Source: Alphaproteobacteria bacterium (GTDB lineage Bacteria; Pseudomonadota; Alphaproteobacteria; DATDPM01). From it: a stretch of DNA of 64,000 bases. The notes beneath the pieces were generated by a model. That model searched no databases. It saw only the letters and a list, made by a program, of their open reading frames with translations, and was not told the origin of the DNA. The position numbers were made by a program, and so were the translations under genes. Every line of letters starts with the position of its first letter. The first letter of the stretch is position 1. The stretch lies in contig JBGOXX010000001.1 in NCBI GenBank assembly GCA_041479345.1, positions 1,209-65,208 on the forward strand, in the 5' to 3' direction. This document shows positions 36,899 to 46,839 of this stretch, one piece after another.

Positions 36899-38473
36899 AT
36901 GTCCAAACCGTATTTCATCACCACGCCGATCTATTACGTGAACGATGCGCCGCATATCGGCCATGCGTATACGACGCTGTCTTGCGACGTGCTGGCGCGG
37001 TTCATGAGGCTCGACGGACGCCGGGTCATGTTTTTGACCGGCACCGACGAGCACGGGCAAAAAGTGGAGAAAGCGGCGGCCCTCGCCGGCAAGGATCCGC
37101 AAAGCTTTGCCGACGAGGTTTCCCAGAATTTCCGCCGGCTGACCAAGGTCATGAATTTCAGCAATGACGATTTCATCCGCACCACCGAGCCGCGGCATAA
37201 ACTGGCGATTCAGGCGCTGTGGCGCGAAATGGCGACCCGCGGGCATATTTATCGCGGCAGCTATGCCGGTTGGTACGCCGTGCGCGACGAAGCGTTCTAC
37301 GCCGAATCGGAGCTCACCGCCGGCCCCGGTGGCAAAAAACTGGCGCCCTCCGGCGCCGAGGTCGAATGGGTGGAAGAGCCGAGCTATTTCTTCGATCTCT
37401 CAAAATGGCAAGAGCCGCTGCTGAAATTCTACGCCGACAATCCCGATTGCATCGGACCGGAATCGCGGCGGAACGAGGTCATTAGCTTCGTCAAATCGGG
37501 CTTGCGCGATCTGTCGATCTCGCGCACCACCTTCAAATGGGGAATCCCGGTTCCCGACGATCCCGACCACATCATGTATGTGTGGCTCGACGCGCTCGGC
37601 AACTACATCACCGCCGTCGGCTATCCGGATATTCAGGGCGAAACGTTCTCGACCTTCTGGCCCGCCAATCTTCACATGGTGGGGAAAGATATTTTGCGCT
37701 TCCACGCGGTTTATTGGCCGGCCTTTCTGATGGCCGCGGGCCTGAATCCGGCCAAGCGGGTCTTTGCCCATGGCTGGTGGACCAATGAGGGGCAGAAGAT
37801 TTCAAAATCGGTCGGCAATATCATCGATCCCTTCGCCTTGGTCGAAAGATACGGGCTCGATCCGGTGCGCTATTTCTTGATGCGTGAGGTGCCGTTCGGG
37901 CTCGACGGCGATTTTTCCCATCGCGCCATGATCCATCGCACCAACAGCGATCTTGCCAACGACTACGGCAATCTGGTGCAGCGCGTGCTGTCCATGATCA
38001 ACAAGAATTGCGGCGCGCAAATTCCGGAATTCGGAACCTTCACGCCGGAAGACGAAGCCATGCTGACGGCCATTCCCAAGGCGCTCGATTCCTTGCGCCG
38101 GGCGATGAGTGCCCAGGCCTTCAACGACGTGCTCGATCAGGTCTGGGCGGTGATCAGAGCCGGCAATCGCTATGTGGACGAGCAAGCGCCTTGGGCGCTG
38201 AAGAAATCCGACGCCAAGCGCATGGGAACGGTTCTTTACGTGCTGGCGGAGACGATCCGTCACATCGCGATTCTGACCCAGCCCTTCGTGCCGGCCGCAT
38301 CCGCCAAAATTCTCGATCAGCTCGCGGTGCTTCAGGAGCGCCGCACGCTGTCGCATCTCGATCCCGCCTACCGTCTGTCGTCCGGCGCGCCTTTGCCCAA
38401 ACCGGAAGGCGTTTTCCCGCGCTATGTCGAAAGCGAACCGGCGCCGGAATCGGAATCCAATTCCGATCGATAA
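36899..38473 (+). CDS. metG: methionine--tRNA ligase
   Basis: HIGHAYT and KISKS motifs; 524 aa. Confidence 0.95.
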   Translation: MSKPYFITTPIYYVNDAPHIGHAYTTLSCDVLARFMRLDGRRVMFLTGTDEHGQKVEKAAALAGKDPQSFADEVSQNFRRLTKVMNFSNDDFIRTTEPRHKLAIQALWREMATRGHIYRGSYAGWYAVRDEAFYAESELTAGPGGKKLAPSGAEVEWVEEPSYFFDLSKWQEPLLKFYADNPDCIGPESRRNEVISFVKSGLRDLSISRTTFKWGIPVPDDPDHIMYVWLDALGNYITAVGYPDIQGETFSTFWPANLHMVGKDILRFHAVYWPAFLMAAGLNPAKRVFAHGWWTNEGQKISKSVGNIIDPFALVERYGLDPVRYFLMREVPFGLDGDFSHRAMIHRTNSDLANDYGNLVQRVLSMINKNCGAQIPEFGTFTPEDEAMLTAIPKALDSLRRAMSAQAFNDVLDQVWAVIRAGNRYVDEQAPWALKKSDAKRMGTVLYVLAETIRHIAILTQPFVPAASAKILDQLAVLQERRTLSHLDPAYRLSSGAPLPKPEGVFPRYVESEPAPESESNSDR

Positions 38474-38582
38474 TCGGCAATGGCGCTCTGGTTGCGGCCA
38501 CTAAGGCATAACCGCCTTGACGCATGCGGTTCCGGCGATATGTTCGCGCCAGGATCGCAGCAATTTTGGGTAACCGAAGACC

Positions 38583-39368
38583 ATGCTGGTCGATAGCCAT
38601 TGCCATCTCGATTTTCCCGACTTTGCGCCCGAGCGCGACGACGTGGTGGCGCGCGCCCGCAACGCCGGGGTTAAGACGATGCTCACGATCTCCACAAAGC
38701 TCAGCACCTTTTCGGGCGTGCGCGAGGTGGCGGATTCCTATCCCGATGTTTTCTGCACGGTCGGCGTCCATCCCCACGAAGCGGACAAAGAGGAGGGGGC
38801 GAAGGACGCAAGGAAACTGGCGGAGCTCTGCAATCACCCCAAGGTCGTCGGCTTGGGCGAATCGGGTCTCGACTATTATTACGGCCACAGCAGCCGCGAC
38901 AATCAACGCGGCGCCTTCACCGCCCATATGGAGGCCGCGCGCGATACCGGCTTACCCATCGTCGTGCATAGCCGCGATGCCGATTCCGATACCGTCGAGC
39001 TGCTCGCCGCGCAATCGGCAAAGGGAGGCCTTACCGGTCTCATCCATTGCTTTACCGGAACTCGCCTGCTCGCCGAAGGCGCCCTCGATCTCGGCTTCTA
39101 TATTTCTTTTTCCGGGATCATCACGTTCAAGAACGCCGAGGAATTGCGCGAGATCGCCGGCCGCGTGCCCTTAGAACGTATTTTGGTCGAAACCGATGCG
39201 CCCTATCTGGCGCCCATTCCCAATCGCGGCAAGCGGAATGAACCTGCTTTCGTCGTCCACACGGCGGCCCTTCTTGCCAAGCTCAAAGGGATTTCGCCGG
39301 AAGAATTGGCACAGGCGACCACCGATAATTTCTTCCGCCTGTTCGCCAAGGCGCAGAGGCCGTCATGA
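38583..39368 (+). CDS. tatD: TatD family hydrolase
   Basis: MLVDSHCHLDF... with conserved His/Glu/Asp metal ligands. Confidence 0.9.
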   Translation: MLVDSHCHLDFPDFAPERDDVVARARNAGVKTMLTISTKLSTFSGVREVADSYPDVFCTVGVHPHEADKEEGAKDARKLAELCNHPKVVGLGESGLDYYYGHSSRDNQRGAFTAHMEAARDTGLPIVVHSRDADSDTVELLAAQSAKGGLTGLIHCFTGTRLLAEGALDLGFYISFSGIITFKNAEELREIAGRVPLERILVETDAPYLAPIPNRGKRNEPAFVVHTAALLAKLKGISPEELAQATTDNFFRLFAKAQRPS

Positions 39369-40132
39369 GGGTGACGATTCTCGGTTGCGGCGGGTCCGGC
39401 GGCGTACCGCTCATCGGCGACTACTGGGGCGCGTGCAATCCCCGGAACCCGAAAAACCGCCGGCTTCGGGTTTCAATTCTGGTAGAGGAGGGGGGGACCA
39501 CCATCTTGGTCGACACCTCACCCGATCTGCGTCAGCAGGCCCTGGCCGCAAGGCTCAGCAAATTGGACGCCGTTCTTTTCACCCATGCCCATGCCGATCA
39601 TTTGAACGGGATCGACGATTTACGGCCGGTCAACCGGCTGATCGACCGGCCGCTCGATGTCTATGGCAGCCCAGAGACCATGCGTGAAATCAGAGAACGC
39701 TTTGGCTATGTCTTCGAGCCGGCCCATCCCGGGTTCGGCTTCTATAAGCCGGTTCTCAAACCCCATGAGGTGACAGAGCCGTTTTCCGTCGGGCCGGTCC
39801 CGGTCAGACCCTTCGAACAGGATCACGGGTTCACCACGACCACCGGTTACCGGATCGGAAACATCGCTTATTCCACCGACGTCGTTGATCTGCCGGGAGC
39901 GTCATTCGCCGCCCTCGAAAATCTCGATCTCTGGATCGTCGATTGCCTCCGTTTCGATCCCCATCCAACCCACGCCCATTTGGACAAAGCCCTGGACTGG
40001 ATTACCTACGTGAAACCGAAGCGCGCCGTGCTGACCCATATGAACCAGAGCCTCGATTACGACGAGGTCGCTAACCGCTGTCCGTCAGGCGTCGAACCGG
40101 CTTTCGACGGCATGGTGATCGAGACCGGATAG
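39365..40132 (+). CDS. MBL-fold metallo-hydrolase
   Basis: HAHADH motif. The start overlaps the tatD stop by 4 nt. Confidence 0.8.
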   Translation: MRVTILGCGGSGGVPLIGDYWGACNPRNPKNRRLRVSILVEEGGTTILVDTSPDLRQQALAARLSKLDAVLFTHAHADHLNGIDDLRPVNRLIDRPLDVYGSPETMREIRERFGYVFEPAHPGFGFYKPVLKPHEVTEPFSVGPVPVRPFEQDHGFTTTTGYRIGNIAYSTDVVDLPGASFAALENLDLWIVDCLRFDPHPTHAHLDKALDWITYVKPKRAVLTHMNQSLDYDEVANRCPSGVEPAFDGMVIETG

Positions 40133-40254
40133 AGCTCGCCGCTGTTTCCCAAATTTTCGCCGAGCACCAGAAATCTCGATCTTCTTCAGCTTCCTACGCA
40201 CTTAAACATACGTCCTTAAGGCATTGAGGATGCATGCACATCCAATCGCGCCGG

Positions 40255-40310
40255 CTTGGCAATTCCGATATTTTATATTTTCCATAATATATATTATGCG
40301 ACATATCCAG
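40255..40310. promoter_or_regulatory. strongly AT-rich stretch in an otherwise GC-rich genome, promoter-like, upstream of the SDR gene
   Basis: The run ttttatattttccataatatatattatgcgacatatcc is about 80% AT. Near-palindromes attgaggatgcatgcacatccaat (40223-40246) and cttaa...ttaag (40201-40220) lie just upstream. Confidence 0.4.
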
Positions 40311-40427
40311 ATGGCCGCTGCATAGCAGATCGGGCGCTGTGCTAGTCTTGCCTTCATGTAAATCTATGGCGAGACCGCGGTCGTCACCGGCGCCTCGAGC
40401 GGCATCGGGGCCGAGACCGCCAAGGCG

Positions 40428-41150
40428 TTGGCGGCCCGAGGGGCGCGAGTCGTCCTGCTCGCCCGCCGCAAGGACGCCCTCGACCAGTTGGCATCTGAAA
40501 TCCGCGCGGCCGGCGGAATCGCCTTCGTCTATGCGATCGACCTCGGCGACGCGAAGGCGGTGGCCCGCATCGCCGAGGCCATCAAATCCGATGTCGGGGT
40601 TCCCGGCATCCTGGTGAACAATGCCGGCTCGGGCGTCTGGCGGTTCATCGACGAGACCAGCCCGGAAGAGGCGGTGGCGATGATGACCCTGCCCTATTTC
40701 GCCGCCTTCTATGTCACCCGCGCCTTCCTGCCGGAGATGCTCCGGCGGAACCGCGGGTTCATCGTCAATGTGAACTCGCCGGCCTCGCAATTCACCTGGC
40801 CCGGGGCCAGCGCCTATACCGCGGCGCGCTGGGCACTTCGCGGCTTCACCGAATCGCTCCGCTCCGATCTTTACGGAACCTCGCTTCGGGTGATGCATTT
40901 CGTCGCCGGACATACCAAGTCCGGTTACTGGCAAGCCAATCCCGGAAGCGAAGAACGAGTCCCAAAGATCGCCAAGCTCGTTCCCACCTTGACCCCACAA
41001 CAGGCGGCCGCGGCCCTGGTGCGGGGAATCGAGCAAGACCGCCGCGAAGTCGTGGTGCCGTTCATGATGCGGCTTTTCTATATCCAGCACGCCCTCTTCC
41101 CCTGGGCGGTGGAATGGATGTTGCGGGTAACGGGTTATCGGCGGCGTTGA
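40428..41150 (+). CDS. short-chain dehydrogenase/reductase (SDR) family oxidoreductase; N-terminus disrupted or non-canonical
   Basis: Classical SDR body (NNAGSG...; Y...K catalytic region). The Rossmann motif TGASSGIG is encoded in the same frame at 40386-40409, but no ATG/GTG/TTG separates the upstream stop (40359-40361) from it. The nearby ATG at 40366 is in the +1 frame. Confidence 0.6.
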   Translation: MAARGARVVLLARRKDALDQLASEIRAAGGIAFVYAIDLGDAKAVARIAEAIKSDVGVPGILVNNAGSGVWRFIDETSPEEAVAMMTLPYFAAFYVTRAFLPEMLRRNRGFIVNVNSPASQFTWPGASAYTAARWALRGFTESLRSDLYGTSLRVMHFVAGHTKSGYWQANPGSEERVPKIAKLVPTLTPQQAAAALVRGIEQDRREVVVPFMMRLFYIQHALFPWAVEWMLRVTGYRRR

Positions 41151-41231
41151 TTAGCTCTGGCTGGTCTCATTGCCCGGCTTCTCGAAGCTGCTAATCTCCG
41201 CCCCACCGCCATAGCCACCACGGAACCTCCG

Positions 41232-42047
41232 ATGACAAACCCGGATTCACACCGCGATCCCATGTCGCGGCTGCTCGAGATCATGGCCCACCTGCGCGAT
41301 CCCCGATCGGGATGCCCTTGGGACAAGGAACAGAGCTTTCGCACCATCGCGCCCTACACCATCGAAGAGGCCTATGAGGTGGCGGATGCGATCGAGCGCG
41401 AGGATTGGCCTGCCTTGCGCGAGGAACTCGGCGATCTGTTGTTTCAAGTCGTGTTCTACGCCCAGATGGGCCGGGAAAAAGGCTGGTTTGACTTCGGTGA
41501 TATTGCCCGCGACATCGCCGGCAAGATGGAGCGACGCCACCCCCATGTTTTCGGCGACGCCAAAATCGAAACCGCCGAAGACCAGACCAGGGCCTGGGAA
41601 AATCATAAGGCGGCCGAACGGGGCGCCAAGGCCATCGGCATTGCCGAGCACAGCGCCTTGGATGGCGTGCCGCTTGCCCTGCCCTCCCTCACCCGCGCCG
41701 AGAAGCTTCAGAAACGCGCGGCCCGGGTCGGTTTCGACTGGCCGGAGGCGGCCCAGGTCCTCGATAAAATCGAAGAAGAGATCGCCGAGCTGCGTGCCGA
41801 ACTAAAAGTTGGATCGAAGCCCGGTCCAGGCACCGAGGACGAGTTGGGCGATTTGCTGTTCGCTCTGGTCAATCTGGCGCGCCATCTCGGCCATGACGCG
41901 GACCAAGCGCTCCGCGGGACCAATGCCAAATTCGAGCGCCGCTTCCGCTTTATCGAGGCCGAATTGGCCAAAGCCGGCAGGCGGCCGGATCAAGCCAGCC
42001 TGGACGAGATGGAAGCCCTGTGGCAGCGGGCAAAGAAGGCGGAATAG
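41232..42047 (+). CDS. mazG: nucleoside triphosphate pyrophosphohydrolase MazG
   Basis: Tandem MazG domains (CPWDKEQSFRTIAPYTIEEAYEVADAI; EELGDLLFQVVF). Confidence 0.85.
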   Translation: MTNPDSHRDPMSRLLEIMAHLRDPRSGCPWDKEQSFRTIAPYTIEEAYEVADAIEREDWPALREELGDLLFQVVFYAQMGREKGWFDFGDIARDIAGKMERRHPHVFGDAKIETAEDQTRAWENHKAAERGAKAIGIAEHSALDGVPLALPSLTRAEKLQKRAARVGFDWPEAAQVLDKIEEEIAELRAELKVGSKPGPGTEDELGDLLFALVNLARHLGHDADQALRGTNAKFERRFRFIEAELAKAGRRPDQASLDEMEALWQRAKKAE

Positions 42048-42149
42048 CGTTTCATTTCAGAAATTTACGAACCGGCTTGCCGCGCCCTTTGTGCGTTGCA
42101 CCTAAATGAAGTATCAAAACGCCTCCGAATTTTTAGGCCGGGAGCCGCC

Positions 42150-43031
42150 ATGACCGAAACCGTCGCTTTCATCGGATTGGGAACCATGGGCTTTCCCATG
42201 GCCGGGCATCTCGCCCGCGCCGGCCACCAGGTTACGGTTTTCAATCGCACCCAGACCGTCGCCGAGGCCTGGGCCAAGAATTATTCCGGCCGCTCCGCCG
42301 CCACCCCCGCCGAGGCCGCCCGGGGTGCTGGATTCGTATTCGTCTGTGTCGGCAATGACGACGATCTGCGGCAAGTCGTGCTTGGCGAGGACGGCGCTTT
42401 CGCCGGCATGAACCCCGACGCGGTTCTGACCGATCACACCACCGCCTCCGCCAAGATTGCCCGCGAACTCGCAGGCATAGCGCGCGAAGGCGGAATTCAT
42501 TTCCTCGACGCCCCGGTTTCGGGCGGCCAATCCGGCGCCGAGAACGGCGCGCTCACCATCATGGCCGGCGGCGATGAGGCGCCTTTCGAAAAGGCCCGTC
42601 CCGTCATTGAGGCTTACGCCAAGGCCGTGACCCTGATGGGCCCGTCCGGCTCCGGCCAGCTCACCAAGATGGTGAATCAAATCTGCATTGCCGGTCTCAT
42701 TCAAGGCCTGGCCGAGGGTCTCAATTTCGCGGCAAAAGCCGGGCTGGACGCCAAGCTGGCCGTCGACGTGATCTCGAAGGGTGCGGCCCAATCCTGGCAA
42801 ATGGACAACCGCGCCAAGACCATGCTGGAGAACCGCTTCGATTTCGGCTTTGCCGTCGACTGGATGCGAAAAGACATCGCCATATGTTTGGACGAAGCGC
42901 GGGCCTGCGGCGCCGCCATTCCGGTCACCGCCCTGGTCGATCAATTCTATGCCCGGGTGCAGGCCAAAGGCGGCGGGCGCTTCGATACCTCGAGCTTGAT
43001 CACCGTGTTGCGGGATCCTCACGATGTCTAG
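42150..43031 (+). CDS. NAD(P)-dependent beta-hydroxyacid dehydrogenase (3-hydroxyisobutyrate / 2-hydroxy-3-oxopropionate reductase family)
   Basis: ATG at 42150 with a GGAG Shine-Dalgarno. FIGLGTMG Rossmann motif, a catalytic Lys region and the conserved C-terminal domain. Confidence 0.85.
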   Translation: MTETVAFIGLGTMGFPMAGHLARAGHQVTVFNRTQTVAEAWAKNYSGRSAATPAEAARGAGFVFVCVGNDDDLRQVVLGEDGAFAGMNPDAVLTDHTTASAKIARELAGIAREGGIHFLDAPVSGGQSGAENGALTIMAGGDEAPFEKARPVIEAYAKAVTLMGPSGSGQLTKMVNQICIAGLIQGLAEGLNFAAKAGLDAKLAVDVISKGAAQSWQMDNRAKTMLENRFDFGFAVDWMRKDIAICLDEARACGAAIPVTALVDQFYARVQAKGGGRFDTSSLITVLRDPHDV

Positions 43032-44451
43032 ACCCTTAAGCCGGAGCGAATTGGAAGCGGGCGACGCCGAACTCGCAGCCAGCTTGGTGGCGCGCGGCCG
43101 CGCCGCCATGGCCGAATTCGAAAACGCCGGCCAAGCCGTATTGGATGAAGCGGTCACCGCGCTGGCTTGGTCCCATTACCGGCCGGAAAACGCGCGGGAG
43201 CTCGCCGAAACAGCCGTGCGCGCCACCGGCCTTGGCAATGTTTCCGACAAGATCGAGAAAATCCGGCGCAAGACCTTCGGTACGCTCCGCGATCTCTCGC
43301 GGGTCAAATCGACCGGTGTGATCGAGGAAATTCCCGAACGCGGCCTCGTCAAATTCGCCAAGCCGGTCGGTGTCGTCGCCGCAATTTGCCCCAGCACCAA
43401 TCCGGCCTCGACCGCGGCCAACAAGGCGATGATGGCCATCAAGGGCGGCAATGCGATCGTGCTGGCCCCCTCGCCTCTCGGCTGGACCGCGACCGCCCGC
43501 TCGGCCGAGCTGATGCGCGAGGAATTGGCGAGGACAGGGAAGCCCGCGGATTTGGTTCAGATCTTACCGCAACCGGTCATCAAATCCCGCACCGAGGCGC
43601 TGATGAGCGCCTGCGATCTCGTCGTTGCGACCGGGTCATCGGATAGCGTGCGCCGTGCCTACAAAAGCGGGAAGCCGGCGATTGGCGTCGGCACCGGCAA
43701 TGTTCCGGTCATCATCGATTCCAGCGCCGACCTCAAAGACGCGGCGCGGAAGATCGCCGCCTCGAAAACCTTCGACAATGGGACGTCCTGCGCCGCCGAA
43801 AACGCGGTGATCATTCTGGACGATGTCTACCGGCCAGCCATCGAGGCGCTCGTCGCCGAAGGCGGATATCTCGCCGACGACATCGAAAAGCGTTTGATCG
43901 CGGCAAAGTTCTGGATCAACGGCCACCTCAGCCGCGAACTGATTGCCCGCGATGCGGATGTCTTCGCCCGCGCCTGTAATCTCGGCCCCCAGGCCAGGCA
44001 AGCGCGGTTCTTCATGGTCGAAGAAACCGGTGTCGGTCCCGGATTTCCATTTTCGGGAGAAAAACTATCCCTCGTGCTGGCGGTGTATCGGGCGGAGACT
44101 TTTGACCAGGCCGTTGGGCTTGCCCGCGCCATTCTCGATTTCCAAGGCAAGGGCCACTCCTGCGGTATTCACACCAGGGACATGGCCCATGCTCGCGAGC
44201 TCGCCGCCAAGGCCGAGGCGGTGCGGGTGCTGGTCAATCAGTCCCATGCGTTCGGTGGCGGGGGCGGCTTTGACAACGGGTTGAATTTCACGCTGTCCCA
44301 AGGCTGCGGAACCTGGTCCGGCAACAGCATTTCGGAAAATCTCAACTACCGGCATTTCCTGAACATCACCCATCTCTCCGTGCCGATCCCGGAAGACCGG
44401 CCGGCGGAAAACGATCTGTTCGGCGATTATTGGGAGCGGTTTGGGCGTTAG
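43024..44451 (+). CDS. CoA-acylating aldehyde dehydrogenase (EutE/PduP-like ALDH)
   Basis: Catalytic Cys context TFDNGTSCAAENAVII matches the acylating ALDH (EutE/PduP) class. The start overlaps the preceding dehydrogenase gene by 8 nt. Confidence 0.75.
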   Translation: MSRPLSRSELEAGDAELAASLVARGRAAMAEFENAGQAVLDEAVTALAWSHYRPENARELAETAVRATGLGNVSDKIEKIRRKTFGTLRDLSRVKSTGVIEEIPERGLVKFAKPVGVVAAICPSTNPASTAANKAMMAIKGGNAIVLAPSPLGWTATARSAELMREELARTGKPADLVQILPQPVIKSRTEALMSACDLVVATGSSDSVRRAYKSGKPAIGVGTGNVPVIIDSSADLKDAARKIAASKTFDNGTSCAAENAVIILDDVYRPAIEALVAEGGYLADDIEKRLIAAKFWINGHLSRELIARDADVFARACNLGPQARQARFFMVEETGVGPGFPFSGEKLSLVLAVYRAETFDQAVGLARAILDFQGKGHSCGIHTRDMAHARELAAKAEAVRVLVNQSHAFGGGGGFDNGLNFTLSQGCGTWSGNSISENLNYRHFLNITHLSVPIPEDRPAENDLFGDYWERFGR

Positions 44452-45764
44452 TGTATCCGCTTGTTCTCGAACTTCGCGAGATCGGCGGGGAGAAGACCGA
44501 CGCGGATATGGGCAAATTCTTGATCGTCGCGCCGGCTGAGGACTTGGCCGTGACGATAGAGCCAGGCGATCGCCGCACCGTCCGCGAGATCCACAGCCAA
44601 TTCGACAATATCCCTCGCGCTTTGGACGCGGGCCGCAATCGCCTCCATCAGATGATCAACACCCTCCCCCGTCGCCGCCGAAATAAGAATCTGGTTCGGA
44701 TTGCGCGCCGCCTGATTGGCGAGATGGATGCGCGTGGGCTTGTCCAAAAGATCGATCTTGTTCAACGCCTCGATCATTCCGGCATCGACGGCGGCACTGA
44801 GACCCAGATCGCGCAAGACTTCTTCCACGTCCTGCTTCTGGCTATCGGTATCGGGATGGGCGACGTCGCGGACGTGAACGATGATGTCGGCGGCTAGCAC
44901 TTCTTCGAGGGTCGCGCGGAAGGCGGCGACCAGATCGGTCGGGAGATCGGAGATGAATCCGACGGTGTCGGACAAAATCGCCTTCGGCCCACCCGGCAAT
45001 TTGACCGCCCGCATGGTCGGATCGAGGGTCGCGAACAGGAGATCCTGGGCGAAGACCTTCGATTCCGTCAGCCGGTTGAACAGCGTCGATTTACCGGCGT
45101 TGGTGTAGCCAACAAGCGCCACGATCGGATAAGGCACGCGCTTTCGCGCCTCGCGATGCAGGCCGCGGGTACGCTTGACGTCCTGCAGCTCGCGCTTGAG
45201 CCGGATGATTCGATCGCCGATCTGCCGCCTATCGGATTCGATCTGGGATTCACCGGGTCCGCCCAAGAAACCGAAACCGCCGCGTTGCCGTTCCAAGTGG
45301 GTCCAGGACCGGACCAATCGGCTTTTCTGGTAAGTCAGCGACGCCAGCTCGACCTGCAGCCGGCCTTCGCTGGTTCGCGCCCGGTCGCCGAAGATTTCGA
45401 GAATGAGCCCGGTGCGATCGATGACCTTGCACTTCCAGGCCCGCTCCAGATTGCGCTGCTGAACCGGCGACAGCGTTCCGTCGACGACGGCAACACCGAC
45501 ATCGTTTTCCGCGATGGTGAGGCCGAGCCTGTCCACCGCACCTTTGCCGAGCAGTGTTGCCGGCTTCGGATGGTCGAGGCGCACCGCTTCGGCGTCGATA
45601 ACATTCAGGCGAATAGCGGCGGCAAGGCCCGTCGCTTCGGCGAGCTTGGCCTCGGTGTCGCGCTCGTTGGCGCTGTGGCGCAGCAGCGGGCAGACGACGA
45701 GCGCCCGCCCGGTTGAATTGGCGGCATGGCCGTTTGCGCCGGCGGCGCCGTTCTTAAGCGTCAT
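44448..45764 (-). CDS. hflX: GTPase HflX
   Basis: G1 GYTNAGKST and the HflX N-terminal domain. The probable start ATG at 45764 (MTLKNG...) overlaps the hfq 3' end by 11 nt; the ORF track extends to 45854. Confidence 0.85.
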   Translation of the reverse strand: MTLKNGAAGANGHAANSTGRALVVCPLLRHSANERDTEAKLAEATGLAAAIRLNVIDAEAVRLDHPKPATLLGKGAVDRLGLTIAENDVGVAVVDGTLSPVQQRNLERAWKCKVIDRTGLILEIFGDRARTSEGRLQVELASLTYQKSRLVRSWTHLERQRGGFGFLGGPGESQIESDRRQIGDRIIRLKRELQDVKRTRGLHREARKRVPYPIVALVGYTNAGKSTLFNRLTESKVFAQDLLFATLDPTMRAVKLPGGPKAILSDTVGFISDLPTDLVAAFRATLEEVLAADIIVHVRDVAHPDTDSQKQDVEEVLRDLGLSAAVDAGMIEALNKIDLLDKPTRIHLANQAARNPNQILISAATGEGVDHLMEAIAARVQSARDIVELAVDLADGAAIAWLYRHGQVLSRRDDQEFAHIRVGLLPADLAKFENKRIH

Positions 45765-46005
45765 CCCCCTCCTTGGAGGACTCGAAGAGCTGAATGGGCC
45801 CAGCGGGCATAACGGTTGAGATCGCGTGCTTGTAAACGAGCTGCGATTGCGCATCGCGGCGCAGCAGCACGCAGAAATTATCGAAAGCCGTGATGATCCC
45901 CTGAAGCTTCACGCCATTGACCAAAAAAATGGTAACTGCCGTTTTGTTTTTCCGGATGTTATTGAGAAAAACATCCTGGATATTTTGTGATTTCTCCGTC
46001 GACAT
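45754..46005 (-). CDS. hfq: RNA chaperone Hfq
   Basis: Sm1/Sm2 motifs ([19 protein letters not shown]; YKHAI); 83 aa. Confidence 0.95.
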   Translation of the reverse strand: MSTEKSQNIQDVFLNNIRKNKTAVTIFLVNGVKLQGIITAFDNFCVLLRRDAQSQLVYKHAISTVMPAGPIQLFESSKEGDDA

Positions 46006-46176
46006 GGGATAACCCCCATTATTTTTTATTGTCCCCCCGGTCGCCTGCTGTTTCCCGCTTGTCTATTCGCATCGCGACCGCCCGCTGAGTTGAGCACATT
46101 GCTCCCCAGTTTAATGTCCCAATATAACAGAAAAACGTCGGAATTCTAAGGCGTAAGCGGGCCGGGCTCGGGTGTT

Positions 46177-46839
46177 CTAACCTTCCGAATCGAGGACCAG
46201 GGCCTCGAGTTCGGCAAATCCGCGAACGTGGCAAAATGGCGGATAACTGCCGAATTCTCCGGGTTTGGGGGACATTTCGCGGAGCAGCACCGCGACGCAA
46301 TGGGCCCGATGGGCGCATTCCATGTCGGATTGCCCGTCCCCCACCAGCCAGACGCCGGGGCCGGGCGAGATGCCGGATTTGGCCAAGGCCTGAAGGGCGG
46401 GAGCCGGGTCCGGCTTGTCTGCCGGAGCGTCGGTGGCGCCCACAATCGCGCCGAAATGTCCGGCCCAGCCGAGATGCGCCGCCTCCCGGCGCAGATAGTC
46501 GCCGGTCTTGTTGCTGATCACCGCGAGATAGAGTCCCGATTTCTTGAGCCGCAGAATGGCGTCTTCCGCGCCGCGATGCGGCTTCAGAAATTGAAGGTGA
46601 TTCTCGGCGAAGTGACGATAAAAAATTCCCCGCGCTTCCTCCCAGCGGTCGCCGAACAATTCGGGGAAACTATTGCGCAACGACCGGCGCGCTTCAAATT
46701 TCGTCTGTTCGATCGTCCAAACCGGTTTGCCCATCGCCTCGAGTGTCGCGTTCATCGCGGCGTGAATCGATTCCCAATTGTCGACAAGGGTGTCATCCCA
46801 ATCGAAGAGAATGGCCCGCGGCCGGCGCGTGCCCGTCAA
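46177..46839 (-). CDS. HAD-IA family hydrolase (phosphatase-like)
   Basis: DWDDTLVD motif I, the ISNK motif and a DG..D motif IV region. Confidence 0.75.
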   Translation of the reverse strand: MTGTRRPRAILFDWDDTLVDNWESIHAAMNATLEAMGKPVWTIEQTKFEARRSLRNSFPELFGDRWEEARGIFYRHFAENHLQFLKPHRGAEDAILRLKKSGLYLAVISNKTGDYLRREAAHLGWAGHFGAIVGATDAPADKPDPAPALQALAKSGISPGPGVWLVGDGQSDMECAHRAHCVAVLLREMSPKPGEFGSYPPFCHVRGFAELEALVLDSEG

